Shown: positions 51,247 through 64,000 of the stretch, in pieces | Layout of the letters: every line of letters starts with the position of its first letter | How positions within the stretch are numbered: position 1 is the stretch's first letter | Origin: Octopus vulgaris | Lineage: Eukaryota | Assembly: GCA_951406725.2 (NCBI GenBank) | Contig: OX597827.1 | Coordinates: forward strand, 50,034,001-50,098,000 | Reading direction: 5' to 3' | DNA: 64,000 bases | Position numbers and translations under genes: made by a program | Notes under the pieces: generated by a model | The model's input: the letters and a program-made list of their open reading frames with translations, nothing else | Told to the model about the DNA's origin: nothing | Databases searched by the model: none

Positions 51247-51296
51247 GTATATATATATATATGTATATATATATGTATATATATATGTATATATAT

Positions 51297-51495
51297 TACA
51301 AAATTAGAGAATGGAGAAACATACTTAAATCAATAAAACATCAACTATCCGATGATACCCAATCAATACTTTAATACACCATTTTGTATAATGCCTTTAC
51401 TCATATGTAATGGTGTATTAAAGTATTGATTGGGTATCATCGGATAGTTGATGTTTTATTGATTTAAGTATGTTTCTCCATTCTCTAATTTTGTA
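51297..51495. repeat. Perfect 87-bp inverted repeat with 25-bp spacer
   Basis: 51297-51383 is the exact reverse complement of 51409-51495. Confidence 0.92.
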
Positions 51496-51671
51496 GTATT
51501 AATTTACGGTAATATTATTACCTTTACCCATATAATACATTTGATGAACTGATTGTTTGACAATTTTTAACATCTATGTATTAATCTTGTTGGGTACCTA
51601 TCTGGCAGTATATTGGATATATATTATCCCATGGTGGGTTGAATTTTCAACCCCTATCTCATTTTATAACC

Positions 51672-52670
<999 letters not shown>

Positions 52671-52996
52671 CGACGGGCTTCTTTCAGTTTCCGTCTACCA
52701 AATCCACTCACAAGGCTTTGGTGGGCCCGAGGCTATAGTAGTAGACACTTGCCCAAGGTGCCACGCAGTGGGACTCAACCCGGGACCATGTGGTTGGTAA
52801 ACAAGCTACTTACCACACAGCCACTCCTGCGCCCATGATGCTGACTATCACACTTTGGTCTCTCAATTTTCAAATATACCTTGGAAGCTGTTTATGGTAT
52901 TTTCCAAGTGCGACGACAGAACGAGCTCTTTTATTCGGGCAGTGACTTAGAGAGTACTTTGTAAGCCTTTTATGTAGCTTATTAGTATATTGGTGG

Positions 52997-53233
52997 AAGG
53001 CGGCGAGCTGGCAGAAACCTTAGCACGCCGGGCGAAAAGCGTAGCCGTATTTCGTCTGAACCATCGTTACGTTCTGAGTTCAAATTCCGCCGAGGTCGAC
53101 TTTGCCTTTCATCCTTTCGGGGTCGATAAATTAAGTACCAGTTACGCACTGGGGTCGATATAATCGACTTAATCCGTTTGTCTGTCCTTGTTTGTCCTCT
53201 CTGTGTTTAGCCCCTTGTGGGTAGTAAAGAAAT
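52997..53233 (+). mobile_element. SINE family B, full length, with TSD tatattggtgg
   Basis: Head aaggcggcgagctggcagaa; flanked by tatattggtgg on both sides. Confidence 0.9.
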
Positions 53234-53461
53234 ATATTGGTGGTGAAAACGTTAGCGCAATATACGATGCTCTTTATGACAGGAGGCCCTATATTTCGGC
53301 AATTGGTTGTCAGCTCCTATCTCTTTATGCTTGTCATTAGAGATATTTTTTTTATGTAGGTGTACTTCGCATTAAGGGTGATATTATTGGTTACATTGCT
53401 GGTGAAATTTATGGCCGCCAGTAAATGTTTCCCGGTTAGAGATAAGAAATATATTAGTATA

Positions 53462-53983
53462 CTAGCAGTATCGCCCGGCGTTGCTCGGGTTTGTAAGGGA
53501 AATAACTATATAAGCATTTTAGTGAGTTATAGCAAAAAAATAGCAAAAAAATGCATTAAAAATGGAATAAAAAATGATGGTAATTTTGGTGTCTTCAAAC
53601 CATGAAGTCGTTGTTCTAAAAGAACGCTGGTCTCCTTGACAATGCTTTACGACGTTGATTTCCTTACACTCCCTTCCCCACAGCTTCACGAGGGAGGGAA
53701 GAAGGGGGAGAAGCAACACAGGTGCAGGTGTGACTATGGACGCCAACACCGCCGCCATCGACACACGAAAAAATATGCGTTAAAATGGAAAAAAATGATG
53801 TTAAATTATTTTTAAAATCGTAGACTCATCGTAGACGCGCGCTAATACCCAGACGGGCTCGATATGAATCACGACTATAAGATACCCGAATTTGGTTAAA
53901 CTGCACCGCAAAATGTGGGAGTAGTTAGGAATCTAAATCGTAGGAGACAGACACTTACACAACTACAGTTTTATATATATAGA
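53462..53983 (-). mobile_element. Non-autonomous Helitron
   Basis: Minus strand: a|TCTATATATATAAAACTG ... cccgagcaacgccggg hairpin, cgatactg CTAG|t. Confidence 0.85.
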
Positions 53984-54610
53984 TTGGTGGTGAAAACGTT
54001 AGCGTAATATACGATGCTCTTTATGACAGGAGACCCTATATTTCGGCAAGTGATTGTCAGCTCCTATCTCTTTATGCCTGTCATTAGAGATATTTTTTTT
54101 ATTTAGGTGTACCTCGCATTAAGGGTGATATTATTGGTTACGTTGCTGGTGAAATTTATGGCCGCCAGTAAATGTTTCCCGGTTAGAGATAAGAAATGTT
54201 TTGCACCACTTATTTGTTGCTCCTGGAAACACCATATAACGTTTCACAACCTGATGTTTTTAGAGCAGTTACAGATGGTAAATACATGATTCCTTCTTAG
54301 TATCTTCTATGCAACAGTGCTTTGCTGAAGTAATCTGCAGCCTTATTAAAAATGGAATTAATAAAGTCCAATAGAGACGCATAATGACTCACACTAGATA
54401 CCTCTGATCTTCAATTAATTTAGTAAGTCGGGACTCCATTCGTTGTATAGCGACTGTGATGTGAAGGTATATGAGCCGGTGTACATAAGTTTGCTTGCAG
54501 ATGTGTTTGTTTATGCACAAGTGAACGAGTATTCTTATCGGTAGCTTATGTATCTTAGTCTCCGCTCTCTCCAGAAAGGCGCGAAGCTCGAAACGCAAGG
54601 AAAAGAATTC

Positions 54611-54659
<49 letters not shown>

Positions 54660-55199
54660 ATATATGCAATTGTATAAAGAAAGAAGTAATCACAAAAAAA
54701 TGCGATGTCTATTATATTTTATTAAACATAAACAATACTTGGAATAGGTGTCAGCTCTTTATTAAACACACTGCTATAAACTTGTCCTGTATTCAAATTA
54801 GTCAGCACAATCTGAAAATAATAATAATAATAATTTAACAAGTGTTTCATGATTCACTGGAAGGTCTTTCAAGGAAATTATTTACAAAGATTTTGTTTCG
54901 CATTATATTTGGAAGAGGTGAATGAGTAGCATGACAGACAAAATGCCATGCGATATTTAATTGAGTCTCTTCATATTCTGCGTCGAAATATCATCATGCT
55001 GAAAATAGACGCTAAATCGTCTCACCACTTTAAAAGCCAAAAATTTACACGCATGTTGAAATCGAGGGAACAAGCTAACGGCAATTAACAACAATATAGA
55101 TATCCCTGGATTAGCTAATTTCTGGATTTGCCTAATGGCTTTTCCTCATCAGCAGAGCATACATGCAGGAAATAAATGAGATATTTATACATACCCACA

Positions 55200-56420
55200 G
55201 GAAAGTAATCTAGAATCGGATAAATTCTTTGGTTAAAATAATCCAATGTAGCAGTGACATGGGTATGGAATTTGGGAGTTCCAAAAGCTCAGTGGTCAGT
55301 ATGAAAAGTGGGAAGAAAGCTGTCACCGGGGAAACCATGAGGGAACCAGGAGATAGTAGATACAAGTATTTGGGGATTTTAGAATTCAACACTGAGCAGC
55401 TGCAGTGGTTAGATAAAGTGCGTCCATTCTCAGATGAACTGATGAAGAAATTTAAAAGTTGGATAGAAAGACGAGAAAGTTAATGATATTGTATGGGGTT
55501 TTACATCCTGAAGGAAATATAAATAGAATATATAAGAAGAGAAAAATGGTTGTAGAGGTTTAATCATTGTTGATTATTGTATAAGGAGTTGAAGGAGATC
55601 TCCTGCAGAATATTTGGTAAACATCGGCGAAGAGTTGCTGCGATATGTAGCAGAAGATATGTGTTTAAATGAAAATGAAATGCATAACCAATGAGCGGGA
55701 GAGAAGAGAAAAGATCTTCTGGAAATAAGAATGCGTGGTCAGTTAGAAAGAGATACACCGGAAATCAAGAGTAAAATTTCACGGACAAGACTCAAACAAG
55801 GTGTGAAAGCCTTATAATTGAAGCACAAGACCAAGTTCTTGTTACTAGTTCGGTAAAATATAACATCTACAAAATTTCCAACACCCAAAAATGCAAACTA
55901 TGAAAAAAGGATGTGGAAAAGTTTTGGACAAAAAGAATACTAGCGCCTCCGTGATAAAATCTGTATTTCCATTGGTTTTTATATCGTATATACCAATACG
56001 AAATAAAAAAAAATGTTATGGACATGAGGCTAGTAAAGTAATGCAAGAGGATGAGAAAGAAACGATATTCTGAGATTATAATTTTCAGACTGATAGAGTA
56101 ATTGAACATAGCCGATCGGACATGATCGTATTGGACAAGAAAGACAAATACTGTCATATCATTGACATGCCAAATAACATGAATATTGCGAGGTTGAAAA
56201 AAACCCACTAAGTACTCCGAACCGAAAGTACAGATTGCAAAACTGTTTGTAATGCGAGAGGGTAATGTAAAAGTGATAACAGTTGTTATAAAGGTATTAG
56301 GGTCAACCCTATTGAAATTTCGAAACTTCTTAAAGCGGTTGGGAATTCCATGCAAGATCATACAAAAATCAGCCTTGCTAAGTACTGCGCACATTTGAAG
56401 GAATGTATTGTTGTCTTAAG
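55200..56420 (+). mobile_element. Degenerate RLE-type (R4/Dong-like) non-LTR retrotransposon, 3' part
   Basis: SSDMGMEFG, YKYLGILE, IEAQDQVL, DYNFQTDRVIEHSRSDMIVLDK, VITVVI..LG, IQKSALLSTAHI. Confidence 0.8.
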
Positions 56421-56725
56421 TCCTTGTGACGTGACAGATTACTAAATACTCCGGTGCATTTTCCATCTACAATGCATGACAAAGTTAGTAATTTTTGGGA
56501 ACAGGGTAAGTCAATTATATTGACCCCAATACTTGACTGGTGCTTATTGACCGGTCCCGAGTATTAATATTGTTCTACCTGTATTTAACAGAAATTCACT
56601 GGCGTCTTAAGTGAAATAACGCAGCAATTACCACAAAGAATATTTACTCATATTTCGATATTTTTCAATATAAATAGAAAAACAAAAATTTTTTTATCAT
56701 TGTGACTCATGATATAACGAAAAAG

Positions 56726-57164
56726 AGATCTTTTCGGTTTGAAAGACAGTTTTTAACATAATTTCTAGGTAACTAAAAATTTTTAAACTTCGTATACTGG
56801 TAGAATGTGTTTATAAAACATCTTTTTCTCTTGGCTTATTGAGAAAATTCTATAGTTTGTAAGATATTTGTTGATTTTTTCTTCAATTTCTGCAATTTCA
56901 AACAATCAATGACGGCCATTGAGGTAAAAAAAACATTCTGTGCCGTATGAATATGTCCCTCGTTTAAAAAACAGATTGGGTTTATTTACATTTGTGAAAA
57001 AAAAAAAGATACCCTTCCCCCACCCCTAACCCTAAGTCTAACCCTAACTAACTCTAACCCTAAAACAGATCGAAATGCAATAGATTGATATTAGGGTCAT
57101 AATTATGGGTGACAATTTCATATGACACCGCTAGAAAAAACTCCCGTTCAAACCGAAAAGATCC
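56726..57164. mobile_element. GGATC-TIR MITE with 8-bp TSD
   Basis: TSD cgaaaaag at 56718-56725 and 57165-57172; expanded internal ccctaa repeats. Confidence 0.9.
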
Positions 57165-57719
57165 CGAAAAAGAAATATTGTCATTCATACATACCAAGCT
57201 AACTTCTAGCCCAATGCAATTATCATTTACATCTATTTGTTGCAAACACCAAAGTAAGAAACTTTTCAATCTTCCTTGTCTTGTCAACATTTGGAAAGTG
57301 AATGTATCAACAACACTAGAAAAGAAATATAAATCTCATCATGAAATATAAAAATAGGGGTCCTGCGTTATTTGCTTGAATCATAGCTATGTGGAGAAAG
57401 TGATACAGTTTGAAATTTTCTATGTATTACGTATCATATGTGAAATAAAAGTCATCACAAATTTCTTTCTGGAATGTTATTAACAAACTTCCACCGAAGT
57501 ATCTGTCGCGAATAATATTCTTCAGGTTAATATTTTACTTTTTGAGACAAATTCTACAACCCACAAACTAATTCAATTCTTGACCAAATCAAATGCGGTT
57601 AAGTTCATTTAAAAGGGCCATTTCATTTCAAGCTATTGCAAATGAAACTCACAATAAAATGTGTGCTCAAAAATGATTTAGTAATGCATAGATGCAACTT
57701 CTAAGCAGTATAGTTCTTT

Positions 57720-57940
57720 TATTCTTTTATTCCTTTACCTGTTTCAGTCATTTGACTACGGCCATGCTGGAGCACCGCCTTTAGTAGAGCAAATCGACTC
57801 CAGGACTAAAGCCAAGTACTTATTCTATCGGTCTTTTGCCGAATCTCTAACTTACGGGGACGTAAACACACCAGCATCGGTTGTCAAGAGATGTTGGGGT
57901 GGGTGTGGACAAACACAGATACACAAGCATACACACACAC
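57720..57940 (-). mobile_element. SINE family A tail half (head fragment resumes at about 59410-59450)
   Basis: ggccatgctggagcaccgcc tail; cttaccacacagccactcctgcgcc at about 59425. Confidence 0.75.
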
Positions 57941-58578
57941 ATATATATACATACATATGCATATATATATACATACATATGCATATATATACATATATAT
58001 ACATACATATGCATATATATACATATATATACATACATATGCATATATATACATATATATACATACATATGCATATATATATACATATATATTCATACAT
58101 ATGCATATATATATACATATATATTCATACATATGCATATATATACATACATATGCATATATATACACATACATATGCATATATATACATACATATGCAT
58201 ATATATATACATACATACATATGCATATATATATACATATATACATATGCATATATATACATATATATATATATATAGATACATATGCATATATATACAT
58301 ACATATGCATATATATACATATATATACATATATACATATGCATATATATACATATATATACATATATACATATGCATATATATACATATATATACATAT
58401 ATACATATGCATATATATACATACATATGCATATATATACATATATATATATATATACATATGCATATATATATACATATATATACATATATACATATGC
58501 ATATATATACATATATATACATATATACATATGCATATATATACATATATATATACATATATACATATGCATATATAT

Positions 58579-58620
<42 letters not shown>
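57940..58620. repeat. Compound (TA/CA) minisatellite with catatgcatatatatac-type units
   Basis: Seen directly in the sequence. Confidence 0.95.
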
Positions 58621-58623
<3 letters not shown>

Positions 58624-60057
58624 GGTTGTTTATTTGACCCCCTACGAGTGATAAACTTAATCACTGGCTTAAATTCTGCCAGCTCTCTTTCGATTATATC
58701 CTTTCTGAAAACGGCAATGGCGTCGAGGGTCCTAGAGTAGGTCTTCAAAACCACCGTCTTAATTTCAAGTTCTTTTAACTTTTTTTGGGGTGGTATAATT
58801 TCCCACTCCACCAACTTTTCATTGTTATTTTCCCATGGTTTTTTTTAAAAAAAGTCCAAAAATACAGTTCCTAAAATATAAAATAATTAAGGAAAAAGAA
58901 GGAAGAGGAAAAAAGACCAAACAAAAAGGAAGGAGAGAAAAAAATTAACAGTTCAATAAAGAGTTTTTTTTAAAATAAAAGATAGATGAAGAGAGAGCAA
59001 CAGTTCAAAACACAGCAAAGGCCACTCGGCACTCCAGGCCAAAATTTTAACGCAATTGTAAAACAGCTAAAAAAACCATTCCAATTTTCTTCTCATAGGT
59101 ACTCCTTGACAGGAACAATATTGTTGAAACACTATTTTCAAACAAAATTTTGCGGCAGGATACACCCACCAAACCAATAATTTTCACAATTAAGTGAAAA
59201 AAAAAAAAATTCACTCAGCCTCAGGTAGACTAGAATCCAGTGAGGACTTCTTGTTTGTAAAAAATAATTGCGACAGACAACAGGTCTCCACTAGACCCTC
59301 CCAAATTCTTACCTTACGGCTGAGTTTCAAAAATCTTCAATTTAAGACGGCTTCAAAAACACATCTTACATCTTCAGTGTCAAACACAACTCTGTCTCGC
59401 TCATGCGCAATGGTACGCAAGTTACTTACCACACAGCCACTCCTGCGCCTATATTGTCTTATTTTTTTTCATTATTTTTGTTTTAATGGCTCTTTTTAAA
59501 AATCTCAAGGGGAGGAATTTAATTCTGTAAATCTAAATTTGACAGTAAACAAATAAGCAAGCAAACAAACAAACAAACGAAGAATCAAATTTATGGAGCA
59601 ACAAGTGGTTAAATTTGAATAAGAGAAACGTTCCAATTTATCTTGAAACTATAAAAGTACGTTCTAATCTACCTCATTTCTGCTCCACGCTAAGGCAACT
59701 AATTCAAAAGAAGCCCCCCACAAAAAAAGTAGTGAAAATAAGAGCCTATAATGGTAAACAGTGGTGGGGGTGTGGTCGTAGCTATGTGCGTTTGTTGTTT
59801 GTGATAGCTATACTTGTTTGTTGTTGGTATTTATGATAGTGTTCGTGGCGGTGACTACAATCATTCACAACCGTGACGAATGCATTAAATTGTACAGCAT
59901 TTTTTCAAAACAGTTTTGATTCATAAAAATAATTCATTTTTTTCTCCATTGGCACTTTATTACTTACAAAATTATCACCAGCTTCTTCATAACAATACCT
60001 TATCAAGATAATCACCACGGCAACAACACCAAACTATTACAGAACATATGCTTGTAT

Positions 60058-60109
<52 letters not shown>

Positions 60110-60144
60110 CGGAAATAAATAAACGTGTAAAAGAATATATAGAC

Positions 60145-60189
<45 letters not shown>

Positions 60190-60282
60190 GGAGTAAACAC
60201 ATAAATGTGAAACTAGGTGGAAAAAAAGAGTACTCAAATACCAGTGGTAGAGTAATATGCTTTATTTAAATATATATATATT

Positions 60283-60374
<92 letters not shown>

Positions 60375-60377
<3 letters not shown>

Positions 60378-60565
60378 TTTTATGCTTTTACATGTTTGAG
60401 TCATTTGACTGCAGCCATACTGGAGCACCGACTTTAGTCGAACAAATCGCCCCCAGGACTTATTCTTTGTTAGCCTAGTACATATTCTATCTCTCCCTTT
60501 TGCAGAACTGCTAAGTTACGGGGACGTAAACACACCAGCATCGGTTGTCAAGCGATGGTGGGGGA
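60375..60565 (-). mobile_element. SINE family A tail half
   Basis: tcatttgactgcagccatactggagcacc..acaccagcatcggttgtcaagc. Confidence 0.75.
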
Positions 60566-60756
60566 AAAGCTCCCGCCATATATATATATATATATATGAG
60601 AGACCAAAGTGTATGTACGCCACTATATATATATATATATATATATATTATACTAGTAGCAGAAATAACCCGCGTTGCCCGGTATAAAGGTAATAATGAG
60701 TTTTCATTAAAAAATGTGATATAATCTGATACTCGACTGAGGAAAGAAAACTTTGA

Positions 60757-61912
60757 ATGACCTGTTCTTGTTTTCTTTGTATCGTCTATCTGGATGAGAA
60801 ATATGGAAACACCTTCTCCACCTATATCCAGAACAACTGGAAAAGATACCTCGACGACTGTTTTATCCTCTGGGATAAAAGTATAGAGAAACTTGAGGAA
60901 TTTAAAATACTATTAAATGGAATAAATGATAATATACAATTCACGATGGATCATAACGAAGAAGAATTACCATTTTTAGACATCCTCATTAAGAAAACCG
61001 GCAACAAAATAGAGACAGATATCTATTATAAACCGACAGACTCCAAACAGTACCTACCCTTTGATTCATGCCACCCACGACACACTAGAATAAATGTCCC
61101 TTTTTGTTTAGCTAGAAGGATTTGCACCATAATATCAGACACAAACACCCGACACACACATCTCCAGGAACTTAGAACCACACTCACAAATAGAAACTAT
61201 TCACAGCCCCTAATAGACAGTGCAATCCAACGGGCACTTAAATTAAGTATAGAAGACCTGAGACAAACAAAACCAAAAAAGAAAGAAGAATTAAAAACCC
61301 TTCCCTGCATCTCTACACACAACCCACTTAACAATGAGGCCTTCAGCACCATACTACAAAGCACAGCCCTACTAAAGGGAGACCCAAAGATGAACCGGAT
61401 CCTCGAAACACACACCATCATTAAAAGTAAACGGCAACCAAAATCCTTGAAAAGGATTTTAAGCCAAGCTAAACTGCACTCAACATCAACCACAAAACCA
61501 GCAGTTAGAAAATGTGGAAGGCCCAACTGCGGAATCTGTGTCATCTTGGTAGCAGGTTCAGAATTTATACCAGAACAAGGCCATCAGTTCACCATTAGAA
61601 CAAACTTCACCTGTGCATCAGAAAACTTAATTTACGTCTTAACATGCGCAGGCTGCAATAGGCAATATATAGGCCATACGAAAAATAGCTTACGTAAAAG
61701 GATGGCGGTGCATAAATCACAAATTAGAAACCCTGAACACCGGAAAATACCGGTCAGCGGACACATAGATAGATGTGCTGCAAATGAAAATCCGAAATTT
61801 ACAACTTACCCACCTTTACAAATTCAGTGACAGCGTAACCTTCACTCAACGCTAAAACAAAGAACTTTATTTCATCAAAAAATTTAGACCAAGTTTGAAC
61901 ACCCTGGGCTAG
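60757..61912 (+). mobile_element. 5'-truncated Penelope-like retroelement (RT C-terminus, thumb, GIY-YIG endonuclease); frameshift and stop near the end
   Basis: WKRYLDDCFILW, LPFLDI, TDIYYKPTD..YL.FDSCHP, CGRPNCGIC, TCASENLIYVLTCAGCNRQYIGHT..LRKRMAVH; the shifted frame continues LYKF..R*NKELYFIKKFRPSLN. Confidence 0.93.
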
Positions 61913-62204
61913 GAATATTAAAACAAAACATTGGTCTTCCGAAAAAGGAAAAACGAAATTCTACCACAACCACTACGACGGCTCCCACTAGCACTACTAC
62001 TACAACCACCGTGGTCACTACCATTAATGCTACGATCAACAGCCCCCTACTGCTACCACTGCTACTACGGCCACAGTGAGAGAATTAAAATAGTGGAGGT
62101 GGGGGGAATTACAATTTCTCAGATCCTTAAACAGTCACCCCCCGCTGGCAGTGGTATGTCTTAGGGAAGGAAGAATTTATAAAAAGATTTTTTTCTCTGC
62201 GAGC

Positions 62205-62410
62205 AGATCTGATTTTGATTCGTCAAAAAATTGACGACGTTTTACCTCCGTGGTCAAGCTTGTCGTTCTGCTTGGTTAGCCACCTTACAGGACACAGTTA
62301 TGGGTCAGATCTGATTTTGATTCGTTAAAAAATTGATGACGTTTTTCTTCTGTGGTCAAGCTTGTCGTTCTGCTTGGTTGGTTTCCTAACAGGATACAGT
62401 TATGGGTCTT
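62205..62410. repeat. ~103 bp tandem duplication
   Basis: cagatctgattttgattcgt..gtggtcaagcttgtcgttctgcttggtt..acagttatgggtc occurs twice. Confidence 0.85.
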
Positions 62411-62790
62411 TTCCTTATATTCGTTGAAGCTGGGTATACTTCTCCACTACACTCGACAAAACAGTAAGGAACGACTATGGACTTTTTCTATTATACTCTT
62501 TATAATATAATTGATAAGGTTCGCCTTTTTAAGAACATGGATTCTATTGAATGTATATAGCATGGATTCTATTGAATGTATGTAACAATTATGAACTGTT
62601 CCATTATACTGTTTATTATAAATTTTTTTGATAAGGTTCGTTATTTCAAGAACCGAAACATGTAAAATTAAAATTTATCTAATATAGTGGCGTTTTCAAA
62701 CTTCTTTTTTACAAATATATACCCACTCGTATACGATCTACTCTTATTATAAATATATAAAAAAAATGTATGTATATATATATATGTATG

Positions 62791-62838
<48 letters not shown>

Positions 62839-62939
62839 TAAAAACGGTAAGATAACAAAAGAAAGAAAGAGACCTCAATATTATGTAAACAGAGCAAATT
62901 TATCTGTAAAATAATATGTGACAATTATTCAATAGCCAC

Positions 62940-63000
62940 GATAAAACTCTGAGTTTCGGATGCCGAGGTGGAAATCCACAACACCATCTCTTCGGTTATC
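62940..63000 (-). ncRNA. Type I hammerhead-like motif with CCGA core
   Basis: Minus strand: gataa CCGAAGA gatg..gtgga tt tccac..catc c GAAA ctc a gag TT ttatc; 5-bp stem I gataa/ttatc. Confidence 0.55.
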
Positions 63001-63413
63001 TCATATTTTGAGGATGCAATTTCCTCGTAAGGGATTGATAATAACAATCCAAATGCCAACTGACTTTATCAATAAATGGAAAGAAAGTTCCTCAATATAT
63101 ATGTATAAACAGTCTAATTAATTATAAAGTTAACAAAAGAAAATGGAGGAGAAAAAATGTAGCAGCTACTTGGTTACATTTGTCTTTATCCCATCTTCCT
63201 CCCATAAACTTTTATAAATATATTATAAATATATTTTTCAAACGCATTTGATGTTTTAGCAATATTTCAACGATCAATATTAGCTAAATTTCAACGATCA
63301 ATATCTGATCACATGAACTCCGCGTCCTAATAAGCTGTTTACATTCGAAATTTTCTAACCACAGTCACCAAATTAGTTACTTCGTAATTCAAGATCGGAA
63401 AATATACTTACTT

Positions 63414-63510
63414 TTCTCTGAAGATACCCGGCAATATATGGTTTATTACATCTATAATTGTTCGAATGTGGATGATTCAAACATACCGTGGGATCGAAAC
63501 ATGTGTAGGA
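63414..63510 (+). ncRNA. Degenerate hammerhead-like motif with long stem II
   Basis: tct CTGAAGA tacccgg..(about 55 nt)..ccgtgggatc GAAA catgtg TA gga; stem III is plausibly a CpG-decayed ACGCGCGT. Confidence 0.4.
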
Positions 63511-63684
63511 TGTTTTTTCGGATTAGTTTGGTTGTTTTGTTGATCCGGTTCTTTTTATCCTTATTCTTATCGGTATCACTTTTACTTTGCATTACTTTTC
63601 CGTTGTGACACAAATAAAATGAACCAAGTATCTATTATATTTTTCTTCTCCATTTTCTTATACATATATACATATATATATACA

Positions 63685-63759
<75 letters not shown>

Positions 63760-64000
63760 ATATATATATATATATCTATATATATATACATACATACATG
63801 CATACATACATACATATACATATATATATACACATAGAGAGAGGGGGAGAAAGGAGAGACAGAAAAAGATGCAAACTCGCACACATATATCCATACATTC
63901 ATTTTACCCCTGCCTACATACATGCCAGGATTCCAAAGTTATTTGACAACTTGTAGAAGGTACGGCACAGTAGGATTGAACAAGGAGCTGCGTGGTGTGA

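Noticed and set aside
54565-54602. Hammerhead-like ..gctcgaaacgc motif
   Set aside because: The core (CCAGAAA) and cleavage site are too degenerate to support.
57022-57063. CCCTAA repeats as a chromosome end or fusion scar
   Set aside because: Short, and internal to a TSD-flanked MITE present in several copies.
60653-60690. Helitron-like 3' end (CTAG plus ccgcgttgcccgg) before the Penelope fragment
   Set aside because: Only a short stub with an imperfect hairpin and no 5' end; not enough to call an element.

Overview
AT-rich, repeat-dense eukaryotic DNA. The tRNA-derived SINE families, RTE tails and microsatellite style suggest an octopus/coleoid cephalopod genome; this is inferred from repeat recognition, not from a search. 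One host gene can be reconstructed on the minus strand. It has five coding exons with consistent splice phases (28101-28734, 12206-12492, 9757-9973, 9069-9183, 1563-1602; about 430 aa), a Cys/His zinc-finger-like region and a coiled coil, and a probable promoter near 38.2 kb. The rest is mostly transposon debris: Helitrons, a hAT transposase, RTE/CR1/L1-Tx1/R4-like LINEs, Penelope-like elements, MITEs, SINEs and long microsatellites. The most striking observation is an intronic tandem array of ~280-355 bp units (14.7-16.4 kb), each carrying a type I hammerhead ribozyme motif (retrozyme-like). Four further dispersed hammerhead-like motifs occur elsewhere, and a CCGA core variant recurs. A MITE rearrangement at 40.9-41.8 kb looks like a footprint of alternative transposition. 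All coordinates were read by eye; repeat boundaries are approximate.
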